Below are positions 61,741 through 64,000 of a DNA stretch of 64,000 bases, one piece after another. Position numbers and translations under genes: made by a program. Below the pieces are notes generated by a model. The model did not search any database. It was not told the DNA's origin and saw nothing but the letters and a program-made list of their open reading frames with translations. The first letter of the stretch is position 1, and every line of letters begins with the position of its first letter. This DNA is from Marsupella aquatica (taxonomy: Eukaryota; Plantae; Marchantiophyta), in NCBI GenBank assembly GCA_973895155.1, contig OZ316898.1:3534480-3598479 (forward strand). Direction: 5' to 3'.

Positions 61741-62434
61741 TAGTCCTAAAAGCTTTTTATTACCATTTGGGGGACATTGTTTAGAGTTGGAGTAACCCTA
61801 TGGTTACACGTGTACAACCTAGCCTCAATCTCAGGCCACTCTTCCTTTTAATGCTCCATGGCAAAAAGCAGACTCGCTTTTAATGTTCCATGCCAAAAAG
61901 TACTTTATACACTGGCTATAATCAAGCTACAATTTTGGGGGGTTATGAGACCTTGTCTTTCTTTCCTTGAGCAATATTTTACTTGCATGTTTCATGGGCT
62001 ATTACTCCTTATTTGCATGAGGAGATTCAACTCTTCACGCGCAGCCAGACGTTTGAGATTCAATTCCTTCATGTATTGTCGTTTATATCTCCATTGCTTA
62101 TACCGTTTCCAATGCTTAAGGGATTATAGATCAATAGGTGTCACCTGAATTGAGAACCCCTCAAAATAGTGTCTAAAATTAGTGTACTTCTCTTTCACTG
62201 GGAAAGTACTGTACCTATAAGGTACAATAACTTGTGCATTCTGGTTCAAGTATTTGTCCTTCGCCCAGAAAGTACTATATCTCTCTTCACTTTAGGGTTA
62301 ATATACATTTTTTGCATTTACTTTGTTATAATCATAGTCTCAATACTTTTAATAAGATACGATAGCTAGTGTTTCCTATATTAGTTAGATTAAATTTGAT
62401 GATTCAATACTCTCAATAAGATATCATAGACTTT

Positions 62435-62658
62435 TTTATTGGCCAAGGGATGAGCCTATAACCAAGAGGTCCCAGGTTCAATCCCCCCTCCACACGCAAA
62501 TGGTGTGGAGGGTATGTGTGTGTATGTGTGGATGGAGTGTACTGGTGGGAGTTCTCGTTGGGGCATTGAGGGCCTGGTTCATCCCTCTCTCAGTCTTGGA
62601 CTGGGTCTCTGTCGGATCTGTAGGTCTGCTTTTGGCTTTTAAGGCAAAAACAAGAAAC
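62435..62658 (+). mobile_element. tRNA-derived SINE
   Basis: TSD TATCATAGACTTT (62422-62434, 62659-62671); B box GGTTCAATCCC; A-rich tail. Confidence 0.75.
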
Positions 62659-62815
62659 TATCATAGACTTTAGTGTGGATAACGACTTAAAATAACTGTG
62701 CCTTAGAAGGGAAGAGCTATATTGCAAACACTATTCTTGGGTACCATTTTTAATTGATCCTAGAATCTCAAATAACAGGTAGCATTTCATAGCAGAAAAA
62801 TGTTTTTTTTTCAAA

Positions 62816-63036
62816 CAGCTTTTAAGTACATTGTCACTAAAGATGTTTGAATTTACAATATTATCACTATTTTTTTTTCGTATTTACAAAATTGTCACGG
62901 TTTCCGTATAGTTTCCCTGGTTACCTTGGTAAACTTGTCATCTGTATACCAAACCGTGATATTTTTATAAATATAGAAAAGATAATGACAATATTGTGAA
63001 TTAGAACATCTTTAGTGGCAAAGTGATTAAAAACTC
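62816..63036. mobile_element. Mutator-like foldback MITE
   Basis: ~95-bp imperfect terminal inverted arms (CACTAAAGATGTT...CACGGTTT / AAACCGTG...AACATCTTTAGTG) and 10-bp TSD TTTTTTCAAA. Confidence 0.8.
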
Positions 63037-64000
63037 TTTTTTCAAATTTGTAAACCCAGGATGGTAAGGATTTGGCTGGATCCAGTACTATAGTTGTTGA
63101 TGTCTCTTAGAGTGGGACCCAAAACTGCCCCCAAGTTCTTCTAAGGCTGCCCTTAGATGCAAAATGGCTAGTAGAGTGTGATCCAAGGGGTTATTTTTGG
63201 TTTAGTTTTTAAAGCAACAACCCTTGCCCTCAATATTGTGGGGGCCGCGTTACTTGAGCTAGGTGCGAAGTGAATTGAAATGCCACATGTCTCATTTTCT
63301 TTGTTGGCTAAACTAAGGGTGGCTTTACAAGAACTTAGGGTAAGTTCCTCTTTTTCGAAGTGTTAGATGCAATCCTATGGAAATCAATCATATGTGAGAA
63401 CATACCATTCTTCACGTCCATTCTTGTCAGTGGATTGCATGGTTGGTAAATTGCATTGATTACTTCTTGAACTGACACATTTTGGCTGGCAATCTAAGTA
63501 CATTTTAACTCTTGCGTAAGGAAATGGCCATCTGGATGGAGAGTCAGTACTGTCTTGTACAGCCCAGCTAATAAAGTTCGATGACTCGGTTTCCCTTCAG
63601 GGAAAGTTGAAAATCGCATCAAAGCAATGTTGACTTCCGTGATTCAAGGAGACGAGTCCCTGGAACAGCATTAAGTGTACCTTGGGACTTTCCCACAACC
63701 TACCGGAAGGAGCACCCTGAGTTTTCCCCTTTTTGCACCCATCTCTTTTCAGGCCAGGACCTTACTCTCGCTTCCCCGGGCTCCCTCTCAATTAGAGACT
63801 TAACTTAATTCAACATTCTTATCCCCTCTTGTGTAGTGTCTTTTTCCCTTGCATGTGTTTGTGGGAGTATTTGTTGGACTCCATGGAAGCAATCTTTTGA
63901 CAATAGCTGACATTCTATTTAAATTTTTTGGACTCCATGGAGAGTTCCCGGGTATTGTCCTGGTTTTGAAAAAAAATTAAAAATTTCTTGGACTCCATGG

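Overview
Eukaryotic nuclear DNA from a land plant, with GT-AG introns and plastid-transit-like N-termini. A non-seed plant such as a liverwort is my guess only. Five intact spliced genes can be reconstructed. Two are divergently oriented acyl-lipid thioesterase (ALT/MKS2, hotdog fold) paralogs made by an inverted duplication, each with an unusual Asn/Gly-rich repeat tail. Two are tandem copies of a small SRPBCC/polyketide-cyclase-like gene that resembles fungal family members. The fifth is a 10-exon DUF1350 alpha/beta-hydrolase. The rest is a transposon landscape: four non-autonomous Helitrons, two stacked 5'-truncated LINEs, three remnants of a CRE-like (restriction-like endonuclease) retrotransposon, two tRNA-like SINEs, Harbinger and Mutator MITEs, a solo LTR and a decayed Ty1/copia. 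The copia is split by a 12.9-kb non-autonomous CACTA. That CACTA carries a ~578-bp palindrome-rich satellite and captured exons of a 2OG-dioxygenase, anthranilate phosphoribosyltransferase and a DEAH helicase. The best novelty candidates are a possible thioesterase + cyclase-like + hydrolase metabolic neighbourhood with a putatively horizontally acquired gene, the NG-repeat tails, and the Pack-CACTA. All family assignments are from motif recognition, not database searches.
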